A DNA stretch of 64,000 bases from Lama glama (GCA_028534125.1 CM052816.1:88600001-88664000); one strand, 5' to 3'. Counted from the stretch's first letter, positions 13,451-27,759 are shown. Notes: generated by a model from the sequence alone, not told the origin. Translations and numbers: made by a program.

Positions 13451-14588
13451 TTTGATCATATATATGGTTTAATTCCTGAAATATACCTGAAAATAATTAT
13501 TCATTTGACACATACTCAAATTTACTTGGAAATAACAGCTTTGTGTAATCTTGTGTCACTTTTTCTGAATTTAGTAAATTATTTTATCTTGGATAAAAAG
13601 CAGTAACTGTATCAGAAATGACCTATTTGTTATATTTGTGTATAATGAGCCAAATTAATAAGCTCACTTTTATACTCAAACATATGCCAGAACTGACCTT
13701 TCCTTCTTAGTTGCCAATTTAAACAAAAAAATCATTTTATTACTAGAATTTCATGCAGTAATTGGACCAAACTTCTCATCATGATTCTACCTAGAAATGA
13801 TCTGTCACTGTATCTTCACACCTTGAACACTATCTGTGATAAAAGTGACTCCTATGGACCAATATACAGCAATTTTTACACTTAAATAATTTATGAAAAT
13901 GCCAGTGACCCTCTATTCCAGAGTGTAGTTGTCAGCACCACAAAATAATCACAATTTGCTGAAAGATAATGAGCAATGGGAGCATTTAAAAAACTTTTAG
14001 ATTTGCATAATTAAAACAATTTTATTCAAAGCCTAGTTAGAGTTTAAGAACACTGCTCTACTAACTTGATTGTGCTATGATTATGGTGCTTTCACTATTC
14101 AATGTAGATTAACATAATTTTGACATGTCACCATTATAATTGTGAGTCTCATTCTTTCATAAATCACAGAAGCACCTATTTCATGGTTCTGTCTCTAAAG
14201 GAAAACAAATTAGCTTGAACCACATGAAAAAAAGATCCATTTCTGTTTCTCATAACCTTAGAAACTGGACTGATTTCTCAGAGTGAAATTGTTACGGCCA
14301 TAATTAATAAATCGGTAATGATGTAAACATTGTAAAATGTAAAAAAGGACTTTACTTCTGAATGTTTTCAACGCAGTGTGTAAATAACTCAGTCTAGATA
14401 TTCTGTCAGTGTGGGTGAGCAATTTGTATATACATAAACTAAAACATTTTAGGGTAAAACATACACTGAAAATTATAATAAAGTACATGCAAATGACTTT
14501 TAATTAATTTCATAATGATTATGAAAAAACAAAGGTTCCTATTCCATTGACTCTACTTGTCAGGTTAAAAAAAAAATGTGGAAGGGGG

Positions 14589-14996
14589 TTTATGGGCTAA
14601 ATTCCCCCTCTCGAAGTCATGGGTTGAAAACCTAACCTCCAGTACCTCAGAATTTGACTGTTTTTGGAGATAGGACCTTGAAAGAGGTGATTTATTTAAA
14701 ATGAGGACACTTGGGTGAGCTCTAATCTGTTATGACTGTTGTCCTTGTAAAAAGAGAACATTAGGACACACATAGCAACGTGAAGGATACACACACAGAA
14801 AAGATGATGTGAGAGCACTGAGAAGGTGGCCTGTCTGCAAGACACAGAGAGAGACCTCAGAAGAAACCAAGCCCGCCAACACTTTGATCTTGGATTTCCA
14901 GCCTCCAGAAAGATGAAGAAAAACAAATACATGTGTGTGCTGTCTAAGACACCTCGCTGTGGTGTTTTGCAGTAGCAGCCCTAGGAAGCTAGTACA
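14589..14996 (+). mobile_element. MaLR solo LTR (MLT1A/B-like)
   Basis: 'cctaacctccagtacctcagaat...ggagataggacc...cttggatttccagcctccagaa...gcagccctaggaagctagtaca'. Confidence 0.85.
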
Positions 14997-15559
14997 GGAG
15001 ATGTTTGCCAAGAAGTCACCGCATGATTTTGTCAGGTTTAAATACCTAATGATCAGTGCATCCTCCTGTGTATAACAGAGTCCAGTGTTTGAATTTCTTA
15101 TTTAAAATGGCATGTATTTTCAACATTTTACATGTACTCAGCATGTACTTTATTTGTTTAAGATGCTGTCTGTTCACACTCAGCAACTGTTTCCACTCCT
15201 TTCTAAGATCACTCTTGTGCCACTGAGAATGGGAGGTTAAATCTACATTTTATAGACTTCCCCAGAGCCAGAGGGCTGGGCATGATTCAGACTTTGTCTT
15301 CCCGATTTCCTTGTGTGAAATTCACAAGGCGGAAAAACGGAGAAGGCGGCATTCCAACAGCAGATAAACTTTAGCAGGTGACTACAGTTAAGAAGGCTGA
15401 GCCAAGTCTGGTAGTCTAGTCTTCCTGAGCATGGGTGCTCTGTGCCTGTAGTCGTTCTGTCAGTGACAACAGCACTTTCTTGGCCTGGGTCTTGGCAGCA
15501 ACGCTTGTTTGTCCTGGGGTTCCATGTATGGGAACTCCTATTTCTGTTGAAATTTCTGA

Positions 15560-16700
15560 GATAAAGAATTTAGGAACCCATTTTTCTATGGCATGCCAGA
15601 GCATCCCCTTCAAAATAAAGGGTAAATATTTGCATTTTGGAGCTTCTACAGCTAACAAAGATGAACAATTCTTGGTAAGACTCTTCAGGTTTTGGAAGCA
15701 TCATGTTTCATGCTTAACAATACTGTTCCAACCAATTTACCATGTGACACATAAAGATTCCAGTTTTAAAGCCTTGTCGCCAAACAACAAAGAACTCATA
15801 TCTGGCTTGCAATATAAGCAGTCCAGCTGCTTAGAACATATGATCTAACAGATCCTACGGTTCTAAAGGTATCATCATAAAGATAATAGGCGCATCTCTG
15901 GTAAACCCAATAAGAAAGAGGCAGTGCATATTTTCATTGTTTAGGATTAAGAGCATTCTATCTATAACTCAGGAGTCAACGTCATTCATAACATAGCTAC
16001 TGGAATGCTACTGGACCCTGGTGAAAGCCTGAGTGGCAAGCCAGGAAGCATCAAGAAACCACAGAGCCAAAACTTCCCATCATGAGAGGACTATTATCAA
16101 ACCACCTAAGGTGGCTGAATTAGTGAGAATTAAATAGCTCCCCAGCAGTGATGAGGGGAAATCCCTCCAGGAGCCAAATCTTAGTAAGTTATACCTTTTC
16201 ATTTGCACTGTATGGAAAGATAAGTTGAATGAGTTAAAAATTTGTGTGAGTTCATGAGCAATAGTAGAGGGCATGGTTAGTTGGTCAGGTACCTAGAAGT
16301 AGAAATTCTGGAAATCTGGTGAAAAGTTTTTCTGTAGAAGCAGCATGTGGGCATTGGAATGGGAATAGGCAAAACATGTAAGAATTGATTACATCATTTA
16401 TTAATGTCCATCAGAGATCATTACCTGTGGAAGAGGTAATAAACAACCCAGTGTATAGGATGACTCAGCCAGTAGATTTCAATCAGCCCCTATTCTCAGA
16501 TATACCATTGCATTCGCTATGAAATAGTTAGAGATGGAGGCTATCAATGGAACAATGGAACGAGTTACCTCTCAAAAGGTTTTTCTAGCTACTGCTGAAA
16601 ATCTGACCTACAATAGAGATGAGAGCTGAGCATCTGATATAGCATCCTTAAAGGTGTTGTGCAAGTCATTTAGCCACTATAACCAACCATCCAGAGATCA
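15560..16700 (+). mobile_element. Degenerate ERV-L internal region (pol RT thumb/connection/RNase H relic)
   Basis: ORF 15435-15848 contains ACQSIPFKIKGKYLHF...LVRLFRFWKHHVSCLTILFQPIYHVTHK, resembling ERV-L pol (ACRDIPSKVKDKLLHL...LVGLFGFWRQHIPHLGVLLRPIYRVTRK). Confidence 0.8.
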
Positions 16701-16749
16701 CTAGCTGGATAGAGTGTTAAGTACTTAACTCCCTAAATTAAAACTCTAT

Positions 16750-18050
16750 TTACAACTATAACTTCCAGAGCGCTGGAATGAAGAGGCAGGAAATCAAATA
16801 TGGAAACAAGTTGCAGCAAAAGAAGTAGCAAGTAAAATGATAAGTATTGTAAACAGCATTAGAAACTCAATTACATGAGCAACTAGTAAATTCAATAAAT
16901 AGTCACAATTTATATTTCAAATATATAAACTCAAAGTGATAAAAGAATGCCATCTTTAAGTTAGACTGAAAAATTACTTAAGAGATGGTTATGTAAAGGG
17001 GCAATTAAAGGGTTTAAGTCAACAAAAGGGACAACTGCTGAAGAGGGAATTAGAAAAAATTAACCTAGAATTAAGATGATAATCCAGAGTGGAAGTCAAA
17101 GCAATAAAAAGAAGAAAATTAAAAATAAATTAAAAAGTTAAGATTATGCAAAATTAACTTGAAAAGAAGCAATGTTATTATTTAGGAGGAGCTCCAGAAG
17201 GAACAAATAAGCAAAATGAGAGATGCTTCCTGTTAATGTGATCAGGAACAAAATAGTCAAGCTACTTACTCAGTTTGCTCAATAAGTGTGAAGATACAAA
17301 TTAAACAAATGTATTGAGAAAAGAATAAAAAAATGAGAGATGCAAAACATTTGATAAGAAGGAAAAGGAAGCCAGACTGAAGTAGCCAGAAAGCCATGTT
17401 AAGGAAAAAGACAATAAAATGTAAATATGCTAAGTTTAAATAAATAGTAACATATAATGAAACAACACAGTCTGTTTGAAAATGAAGAAATGAAGAAAGA
17501 TACATATGAAATATCTCAATAAAATTAGATACATCAAAATAAAGAACTTAAGGTGAAGTAATTTAGCTAATTAAAGGTCAAAATGAACAATAATATGATG
17601 AAATATAGACATCTTAAAATGTAGTTCTCAAAATTATAGAGCAAAAAGTGATAAAATTAAAATACAGTATCAAGTTAGATTTTAGCTCACCTTTCTATGT
17701 AACTTATAAACTGAGAAGTCAAAAATTAAATATAAATTTATCAGAAATAACAATAAAAATACAAAATTTAAACATTGACTATGTGTTTCGTTACAAGACA
17801 ATTCTCAAAACATCATAAGAATACAGGCTATGTTGTTGGAATTCATTCAATAAAATTAGAAATTAATAATAAAAATGCACACACAAAAACATAAATTCAT
17901 AAAACTTATTATTGGAAATGAAAAAATGAAACAACTTACTTCTAATTAATGACACAAGTAGGACACAACAAAAATCATGAATGAAGTAGGCAACAGCATG
18001 CAGAATTTCAAATAGTGATAACGGCATTGAGATTATAAAAATGGAATTTA
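16750..18050 (+). mobile_element. Highly decayed ancient L1 (ORF1/ORF2 relic)
   Basis: Strong A-rich strand bias with L1-like phrases ('ggagctccagaagga', 'aataaaattagaaattaataat'). Confidence 0.5.
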
Positions 18051-18099
18051 AACATTATGTAAAGTTGACATGCACTGAATATATGGCAAGAAAAAATAC

Positions 18100-18640
18100 T
18101 GTGACACAAGGAAAGAGACTGAGGAACGGCCATGAAGTCAGAGGAAAAACAAAAAAGCATCAGATGTCAAAAAGTGTGAGAAGGAGAGTGATCAACTAAT
18201 GAAACTGTAGTGTGATAAAGGAGTTGAGATCTCATACTTAGACGCTGAATTCAATAAAGAGGAAGTCATCAATGATCTTGGACAGAGGTATATAGGACTG
18301 GAGTGGAATGCTAACTAGAGTGAATTTAAGGGAATGAGAGCAAAGAATCAGGAACTAGAGTCTAAACATTGAGAAGTTTTCCTGAAATAGGAAGAAATGA
18401 ATGAAAACATAGACAGAAGAGGAAGAGGGATTTCTTTTTTTGTTGTTGTAACATGAGAGAAATAGTAAAATGTGTGCATGTTGACAGAAATGAGACAGTA
18501 GGTGCTGACACTTTGGTAACACAGGTGACAGACCAGAAACTGCTGATGAAATGCCCTTGGATAAGAGAGAGGATGTGGGATGTGGAGCAGAAAGAGTGAG
18601 AATGAATTTGAAAGGAGAAGGAATAGCTTATTCACTCCTT
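18100..18640 (-). mobile_element. L2 fragment
   Basis: Purine-rich antisense L2 text ('gagagtgatcaact...ggaagtcatcaatgatcttgg'). Confidence 0.55.
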
Positions 18641-19319
18641 TTTAAAAAAACAAATAAAATGTTCAACTTCATCCAACTTGTATATGTTGAGCCATGAAGA
18701 TCTATTTTCAGATAGGAATTCTGTTGTAAAATAATCTCAAAATAGAAAATGACATGAGTAATAAAGACAATTAGGAACGCTGTATGCATTTTATTTGAAA
18801 AGCAAAACTATCACTGAGCCTATTTTTTTAAGTTGTTAAAATTAGTCAGTTTGTATTGATTTTCTTTATTCATTTAATTAACACAGCCGATTTTGAGGAT
18901 CAATTTTTATTTGTAATTTAAATGCTCAAAATCTCCTGAGCAGCTTGAAGGAAAAGCTCAATGAAAGAGGAAAATAATCTGAGTAAGCCTTATTAATTAT
19001 GAAATAATCTCATCCTCTTTAAAGTGTTCAGTGCCAGGGTTTACCAACCTAATAAAGTACAGTAATTACTCCAAGCAAAATAAGGTCTCTATTTCAGTAA
19101 AAATAGGCAAGATTTGTTGTTGCATAACTCTCTAAAATCAAACACTAATTCGATGTCATTAGAACTAAGGATGTTTATTTTTCAGAGTATTAAGAGAATG
19201 CTATTATTAAAACACTGTGTTAATATTAGTCATAAGAACCCAAATAATTCATAACAAAGCTCATGTGATTTATAGCAGCTCTCCAGACATTGACTCTAGA
19301 AACTTCCATTTAGGAATGG

Positions 19320-19536
19320 GTAGGGGCAATATAAGGGTAGGAGAGTAATAGGTACAAACTGTTAGACATAAAACGAGCTACAAAGATATATTGCACAACA
19401 TGAGGAATATAGCCAATATTTTATAATAGCTATAAATTGAGAATAACCTTTACAAATGGTGAAATCACTATGCTGTATACCCGTAACTTATATAATATTG
19501 TAGAGAAGTTATACTTCAATTAAAAAAATAAAAATA
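19320..19536 (+). mobile_element. 5'-truncated L1 3' end with A-rich tail
   Basis: 'gtacaaactgttagacataaaa...caacatgaggaatatagccaatattttataat...tatacttcaattaaaaaaataaaaata'. Confidence 0.85.
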
Positions 19537-19944
19537 CACCTTTAAAGAGAAATAATGGTAACCTAGAATTAATGATAAGATTACCAAATGATTAATATAG
19601 CAATTTTTAAATTTGGGGGGGGTGGAATTCTTATTAATAAATGCAGAAAAAAAAAAGATGGTATCAGAAAATCACTAACTTATTTACTCAAAGGAAACAA
19701 TGAAGACAATAGTCATCAATAGAAACTAATGTCAATAAATGAAAGGTTTATGGGAAGTCCGTAACAGAGGAATCAGACAGACCATAATCAGCATTACTAA
19801 AAAGGGATATCAAGACATTGGGCACCTTATGATTTCATTCAATAATATTATGGTGTATATGAAATGCTCTCCCCCAAAACATGATCAAAATCTTATCCAG
19901 CTTTTAAATTCAATGATCAGATTATAGAATATAAAGGGATAAGG

Positions 19945-20195
19945 CAGTAGCAATGGAAATGGCTCCCCAGGGAATAATTTTGTCTAATACGCAAGCAAAA
20001 ATGAGAGTTTTACATTTTAAATGGTTAAAAATATTTAAAAAATAATAATATTCTGTGGCATGTGAAAATTATATAAAATTTAATTATCGACATCCATAAA
20101 TACTTTTTTAGACTGCAGCCCTACTCATCCAAGTATCACTCAGGGCTGTTTCATGCTGTCAAGGTAGAGTTAGCCTACAAAGCCCAAAATGTGCA
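19945..20195. mobile_element. MER58B-like hAT-Charlie element nested in old L1 sequence
   Basis: 'ttttacattttaaatggtt...aataatattctgtggcatgtgaaaattatataaaattt...tccataaata' matches the MER58B interior. Confidence 0.65.
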
Positions 20196-22049
20196 TTATT
20201 TCCTATTTTTTCACTATCTCACCAGAAAGAAGCCATCAGTCAAATATAAAGCAGGTTGTTTTCTACAGGACAAATAACTTGATCTCAATAAGTTATTACA
20301 GTTTGCAAGAGACTTACAAGACAACAAGCCATTGCTACATGTGGCATATTTACAGGTTGGAAAGATTCAAGGCTAGAGTTGGAGAAAGATAGATTAAAAT
20401 AATACAATTTTGAGACAAATAAGCATATTTATTTTGGGTAGTAAATGATATTAAGGAAATATTGCAAATTTTCTTGGGTGTGATAATAACAAGGTACAAT
20501 TTATAATAAAAAAAAAAAGACCTGCAATGTTTAGAGATGTGTAATAAAATATTTTGGATGGAAAGGCATGATGTCCAAGATTTGCTTTGAATATCTGATC
20601 TGATCTGATGCAACATGAAAAATAAATAAATAAAATTAGAAGTAGGGCAAATGAAAATACTTGTGAAAAAAGTTGACTATTCCTAAAGATAGGTGCTGAA
20701 TCCATTAAACATATACATACGTACTTTCTTTTTTCCATATGTTTTAAGTTTTCCACAATAATAAATATGTGCATATACATATGCTTTCAACTGAATTAAC
20801 ATAGGATTGAGAAAAGTTGTATCCTTTCTTATAATATCTAAAAATCTACTTCAGTCACAACTTCACATTTTCACTTTTTTTTTTTTTTTCTGTTTGTGGT
20901 TGGGCTTTTTATGAATGATTGACTTTGCTTTCTAGGTACTTAAGAATAACAATGCCAAGAGTAGGTATCGACAAGACAATTTAGTTCATTCTAATAAAGA
21001 TATGTGTATGCCTACTATGTACTGTAAACTGCTAGATGCTAGAAATTACAATCGGTATAAAAAATAAACTCTTCTTGGCTTTTATTTCAGTTGCTATTTC
21101 TACTTGTGAATGCCAGTAACAGCCAATAAAACTGCATCTACTTTTTGCTTTATTTATGACTCTTTAAATTCACTTCAAATTTCATTTCAAAACCTCTCTG
21201 ATTTCTGATTTCTTGCCACTTATGTTCTTTCTGATGATTTTAAATGGTAGTCTCAAAAATCTGAGCTTTACACTGTTTCTCCAACCCTAACCTTGAATCC
21301 TTCCAACCTATAAAACTGATTTAACATAAAATCAATTGATCTTCTTGATCCCTGGTACTTCTAAGTTTACCTAACCTCCATGAGCAGAAATAAGGAAGCC
21401 TTCCTTTTCATAAATAATGGCTTATTCTACAGAGCCTTTATGAGGAGATGGTCAATAGATGCAAACCCTATAAAATTTGGAAGTATCACTTGATATACAT
21501 ATTATATTATGGTCATGTTTTATTTGTTTAATGAATCCAGTCATCTTTTTTTTAATTAATGATCTACAATGTAAGAAGTCAACCAACATTAATTATAAAG
21601 AAAATATTGTTATGAAAGTTGCAATGTTCAGGGAATAATAACATTATGTGTGAAAATACAGAACTTCTCTTGGCAATGTAGATGCACTTTGGTTTATTTA
21701 TGCCATAAAATAATTACATTCTCAATTATTTGGTCACTTATGAATATCCATGCACAGGAACCCATACCTAATCATATCATAAAGTCGTAGGTAAAATTTA
21801 ATATGTGCAATTTTACTTGGTTCACCTCTGCCTCCAGGTTAGAAGTACAGCAAGCATCACCTGCTTCTACATCAACAAATCCCATTAACCTTTCCATCAC
21901 ATGAAGCCACCACTCATTACAAATCTGTTTCCTAAAGTTCATCCATTCTGTAATTTATCACAAAACTCAGCCAAACTCCATAATTGCTTACTTGCCACTT
22001 GAGAAAGTTCTGTTTAAAGTATTAGTAAATATAGTAGTTCCCATTTATC

Positions 22050-22375
22050 TATATTTCATTCAGGTTCATGCTCAAATGCCAAATTTTGACAAAAGACTTC
22101 ACTGATGAGTTTAGCTAAAATGGTATTTTTTTTGGTAAAAATATTAAACAATTACCTGCCTTCTTTGATTTATGTTCCAACAGATCATTTGTATGACATT
22201 ATATTATGTAATCTAACATTTATTTGTTTATAATCTGTGTTCTCCACTAGAATGGAAAGTCAGTCATTGAAGGGAGGGGCTTTAAATGCTTTATGAACTA
22301 TTCTATTTCCTGTATCACAAAACTGACTGATGCATAATGGAGGCTCTAAAAGCATTTGTAGAATGAACAAATAAA
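22050..22375 (+). mobile_element. L2 3' end
   Basis: 'gctcaaatgcca...ctccactagaatggaaag...catttgtagaatgaacaaat'. Confidence 0.6.
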
Positions 22376-22949
22376 AGAACCACTGGAAAGGAGAAAATTC
22401 TGCCCATTAGCCTCGGATGAGTCTCCGTGAAATTAAAATCTGCTTGTATTTTGTTATATCACAGTTTAAAATCAAGGATTATCCTTGAGAAAATGAAATA
22501 CTGTCACAAAAAGGAAAATATAAACAATGCTGAGAGAGCAGAACTTGACCTTTAACCGAATAAAATAACAGAAAAAGAATTTGAGGGTTGGGAGGATATA
22601 ATTGGCAAATATTCATTACATATAGATAAGTGAAATAAAATATGTAGCATATTCACCATTAGAAATGGAAATTCTTCTTATAAAGAATACGTTCAAACAT
22701 TACATACCTGTGTATAAGAACAATAATGCAAATGCAAATAGTCAATTAGGATTAATTATAATGAACAATATTAACATAACAAAGGACAGAGGTATTTTGT
22801 GTCAGAAAGACTTCGACCTTGGCACAATCAGCATATAGCGTGGTCATGTCATGTAATTTTCTAAGTTTCACTTTATCAACAAATCAGAAATATAAAGAGA
22901 TGTTGAAATAATTAAATGGGATTATTCACAGAAAGCACGTGTGAAAGAG

Positions 22950-23360
22950 ACTGGTAGCTATGATTCAAAATCTATGTTTTCCCCCTATTACTGGCTACAC
23001 ACCTAGCCTACGTTCCCAATTTCTGTCTTACTTAGATGAGGCCATTTGACTAAGTTCTAGCCCACTGAATATCAGATCAAATGAGGAACTGCATCACCAG
23101 ATCTGTTTCAAATACTTTTCATACACTCTTCCCTTCTACCATCTTGCTGGAGAGAAAATGACATGAGCCCTAGGGTAACTTCAGAAGCCACGTCTTGAAG
23201 GTGGCAATTCCTCTGTCAGCCTGGATCTCTGAATGGCCACATGGAAGAAGGCCATCCTGCCATCTTGTTCACCCACTCACTACCATAAAGTGAGCAAGAA
23301 ATAAACTTAAAATGTTTTTCATACACTTTATCTTTGGGATTTATTTTTAGCAGACAGCAA
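22950..23360 (+). mobile_element. Old MaLR LTR (MLT1I/J-like)
   Basis: 'gaggccatttgactaagttctagcc...gtgagcaagaaataaactt...ttgggatttattt'. Confidence 0.6.
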
Positions 23361-23563
23361 ATCTTCTTAACATAAAACTTATAATAATATGATATACTGA
23401 ATGTAATAAATACTAGTCAGTTGTTATTTTAGCACCTATAGTATGTTGTCTAAATAACTATTCAGTCATTATTTAATTTATGGGCCGAGAGAACATCAGG
23501 AAATCCTTGCAGACAACAGTATCAATTACCAGATGCTGCCAACACATCTTGTGTTACAGAATA

Positions 23564-23730
23564 CAGTCTGCCCTACATATCCCTGGGGTTCTGTATCTGT
23601 GGGTGAGCAAAGTGCAGATATGGAGAACTAAATGTACTGCACCATTTTATACAAGTGACGAGCATCCACAGAGTTTGGTATCTGCAGTGGTCCTGGAACC
23701 AATGCCCGGGGATACCAAAGGACAACTTTG
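23564..23730. mobile_element. Tigger/MER2-like MITE
   Basis: Degenerate TIRs (cagtctgccctacatatcc ... ggataccaaaggacaactttg) flanked by TA on both sides (23562-63, 23731-32). Confidence 0.75.
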
Positions 23731-25566
23731 TAGCATTATTTCCCACATGAAGTTTATGTTTAAAATGAAAATTGCCACTGACTCATGGATTTTTGATGAT
23801 TAGCTAGAATTGAGTGACTAGATTAACTCGTTAATTAAATGATTTATTTTTAAAAACTTGAGGTATCATGTGATTCAAGTATTTGGTAGAACAAAGCTCC
23901 ACTTAAGTAATTTAATGTCATGGTACACTAGATTTCAAATGAATGATAAAACTAGTTTACTAATATAGGTATCAGTTATAAATATATACACCAACTATTT
24001 AAATAAATTATAAAGTTTTATAGTAATTATTAGTTACTTTCATGATGGGAGGAAAGAGACATTAACTCTGATTACCTTATTTCTTTAAGACCACCTTTGC
24101 CACTTATCCAGTGATGCCTCCTCAATCATTTATATGTTTGTTTTCCTTCACATATATTTAGAGATTGTAAGAAACAAACTCTTATTTTATTTTTAATACT
24201 AAAAAATACCAACAAAAGTAATGTTTAAATAGAATTTTTTAAAAAGTGTGAACAGTCTTATGTAAAAATGTATGGGCGGGAGGAAATGGGGATCAAGCAA
24301 CATTGCAGTGTTTACTTAAGTGAATTTTGGTTTTCTGAAAATAATTTCAGCCTTTAATACCTAAGGAAATTAAAACACTGTGAGCAATTTACTTTATGCT
24401 AGAATATTGCATTCATTCAAGTAAAGTCACCCTTAATCTTTTGTAAGACTATCAGATGGTGTTCTGTCCTTCAAATAACTACAGAGGCTCAGAGTCGTAA
24501 GTTGATAACAAATTTGTCAATAAGCATTAGTGGTAGTAAACACGTTTCAAGGCAAATGAAACTGCAGATATTCAATTACATAGTAATCAACATTGTTGAT
24601 TTGTTTTACTACTTGAAAGACAGCCCCAAATTTCACAGACTAACAACACACCATCTGTATTTAAACTTGACACTAATTGCCAGTAGAACAAACATTAATG
24701 CTAATTTTCCAAACCTGCAAATTTCAAGTTGTAATCAAAAAAAGGCGGTCATTTTCCTAAAATTTTAACACAATCTAGCAACTAAAGTGAACCAAAAACT
24801 TATTTTTCCTTTGAATTTTCCCCCTTAGGATTTTGAATTACAGTTGACAATAAACTTACTACATTGCCTTCTTATTTCAAATCATTTCAATTCTTTATTT
24901 ATACGTATGGATTCACTAGCATTCTAAATTCAAGAAATAATTAATACATGGTCCTCCCATTAATAGTAATTCTTGACTGTCCGCTTATTTCCATTAGAAA
25001 AGTTGAATTTTAACATTACTAATATGGCAAAATGAATTATTTCATTATTGTATTTCTGTTGTAAGGAGGCTTCATTTCATGAGAATAGAAAAATATATCT
25101 TATAATGTGCAAACACTGAGTAAGACTAGACATATAACTTTTAAAACCAAGTTTAAATAATGGATTAAGGGAGCCTAGAGTGATAGAACCAGTCTCATCA
25201 CTGAGTTTCCAGGCAGATTTGGGAGAGTAGAAGACATCTTCCTCCAGGGCTATTGTAACCTATAGTAACAGTTTAATCATCTGTTGAATGCTAAATAAAG
25301 GCACAACATGACTCAAATCTTAAAAGAAGAAAGAAATCTTGCAGGGAAAACAAAAAAGGGAATGCTAAAGTTTTAGACCATTGGAACAGAGAAATTCCAA
25401 GTTATAGAGCTAGAAATTACTAGGAATGAAGCTGAGAATCCAAGATGGGATGGAAGGCTATTGACACATTAATTTCTAGACTCTCTACTTTTATTTGCTA
25501 GGGTGATCAAGGTGTCTTGAATCATGATTTGGAAGAACTCCCATACAGAAACTAGGAAGTAGACAG

Positions 25567-26022
25567 TGCAACTGAGGAAGATACATACCATGAAAAATAA
25601 AATGGAGTCACTTATGTCAAAAGGATCTAAAAATGGTGCCAGGAGGCTACTGGGGAAGTAGAACTTATACACATCCACACCCAGATGCAACATAACCTTC
25701 TAACTAGGCGAACAACAGGCCACTCGGAACTCCTTTTCTTCTCTCCCTGGAAACCTTGGCATAGCAACTACAACAGTTGCTGAGAAGTAACTGAATGCCT
25801 TCTGCCACCAATTATCATTCTGCAAAACAATCTATATAACTTCTCTGTAATGTCTTTTTCCATCGTCTTTATAAACCTCTGCCATTTTTAACTTTCCTCA
25901 GAAAACATCTGAGTTGCTACTCAAACCTGTGCCTCCTGAATTGCAGTTCCCAAGACCCCAAACAAACTCTTTTCCTCTTTGCACGCTTTTGATTTTGTTT
26001 TTGCCTTTGTTTCTGATTGACA
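25567..26022 (+). mobile_element. ERV1-class solo LTR
   Basis: TG...CA ends, 'aaaatggagtcacttatgtc' start motif, TATA-like 'tttataaac', U5-like end 'ctgattgaca'. Confidence 0.65.
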
Positions 26023-26029
26023 GAAAACA

Positions 26030-27064
26030 TGCCTGGCAGTCAGGGCCCTGCAGCTGCTTGCAGGCTCAGATCAGGCTCTATCTTTAGTCTCAAGCCTACA
26101 CCACTGCACTCACCTGTAGCTAACTCCCGAGCTGTGCATTTGCATGACCCTGGTCTGACCCTTGTCACCTGCATCCACTGCCATGAAACTATGGCAAGAC
26201 CCAGCAGCCACGGTAACATGCTTGGACAACCAGAGCCCCCACAGTTACCAGTGTGCCAGGAGTCGGCCCAGGACCGTGCTTTCTGCCCCGGTCCCTCCCA
26301 CTATGTGGGTGTCTGCACCTAGCACCTACCACTACTCAGACACCTAAGAGTGGGACCTGCAGTCACATGTGTATACAAGACTCTGTCTGGCCACCACCAC
26401 TGCCTGGTCTGGTTCCTAGCTGCTGTACTTGGAGGAGCTTCTGAGAACCCAACAGTCCTTGGTGCCACTGTGGATGCTCTGCAGTACTCATCAAGGACTA
26501 TACATTTGTTAATACTGTGGAACCCAGCAGCCTAAGCTGAAGAGACATTATGCCACCCTGGGCTCGGTGCTACCATATGCCCTCACATTTGGTGTGCTGC
26601 ACCACTAGACCCAGGGTAATAGCACGCTCCAGTGTGCTCCCCCAGCCCCACCGGCAAGTGAAAGTCTTCCCATACTTAAGTCAGTCCATAAGGTCTAAAA
26701 AGGTGTCTGCTTCTTCAAATGCACGAACACTTATGCAAGGCTACAAGGATCAGGAAGAATCAGGGAAACATGACTCCATAAAAGGAATATAATAAACTTC
26801 CAGTAGCTGGCCCCTGAAAAACGGAGATCCAGAAATTACCTGACAGAGAGCTCAAAACAATTGTTCTAAAGACGCTCATCAAAATCACTATGGTGTATAT
26901 ATCCAAAAGAAATGAAAAAAGGATTGCAAAGAGATATCTTCAGTCCCATGTCCACTACAGCGTTGTTCACAATAGCCAAGATATGGAGAAAAAATAAGTA
27001 CTCTTAAACTGATAAATGTATAATGAATGGATAATGAAGTTGTGAGATAGATACATAAATAAAA

Positions 27065-27115
<51 letters not shown>

Positions 27116-27350
27116 GGAATGTTACTCAGCCATGAGAAAGAAGAGAATCCTGCCATTTGTGACAACATGGATGGACATTATAGACATTATGCTAAGTCAG
27201 ACAGAGAAAGACAGACATGTACAATATCACTGATATGTGGAATCTTAAAAAAGCCAATCTCCTAGAAACAGAGTAGAATGATAGATACTAAGGAGTGGGG
27301 TTGGAGAAGAAAAGAGGAGATATTAGTCACAGAGATAAACTTAAAAAAAA
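26030..27350 (+). mobile_element. Old L1 (L1MA-like): 5' UTR and ORF1 N-terminus joined directly to ORF2 C-terminus and 3' UTR
   Basis: 26770-26883 translates MTP*KEYNKLPVAGP*KTEIQKLPDRELKTIVLKTL (ORF1 start), then 'gtatatatccaaaagaaatgaaa...ttcacaatagccaagatatgg' (ORF2 end). Confidence 0.75.
27071..27112. repeat. (GT)21 perfect microsatellite
   Basis: Directly visible. Confidence 0.98.
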
Positions 27351-27759
27351 AGAAAAGAAAAGTAATACTGAGTGAAGCACTTCCTGGGCCACTGGCTTTC
27401 AGAAAAAAAGAACCAAGAAATACACATTACGTGAAAGTCATGAGACTTAATCTCAAGTCAATCAAGGGGATATTTTTAATGAAGACACTGTTATTTTATC
27501 AATAACAAGGCCTCTGTGCAAGGCCTCTGTACTGCAAGTTTTTTGTGCCATATGGAGTTGAAATATTTTAAGTTTCAGTACTACTATATTACCATCTATT
27601 ACATCTCTCAATTTCTCTGTGGCTTTTTTTTTTTTTACCGTGTGTGTTTTTGTGCCAATAAATACAGTGATTAAAGAAGATAACTTCCAATATTCCATTG
27701 CAGTGCTTCATTATTTAAGTGTTTATAATGTAGAACAATAAAAACATGGAGGTCCACTC

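Noticed and set aside
15435..15848. 137-aa ORF as a domesticated ERV-L pol gene
   Set aside because: Only a partial, heavily substituted pol fragment; the N-terminal part is unrelated and neighbouring sequence is frameshifted
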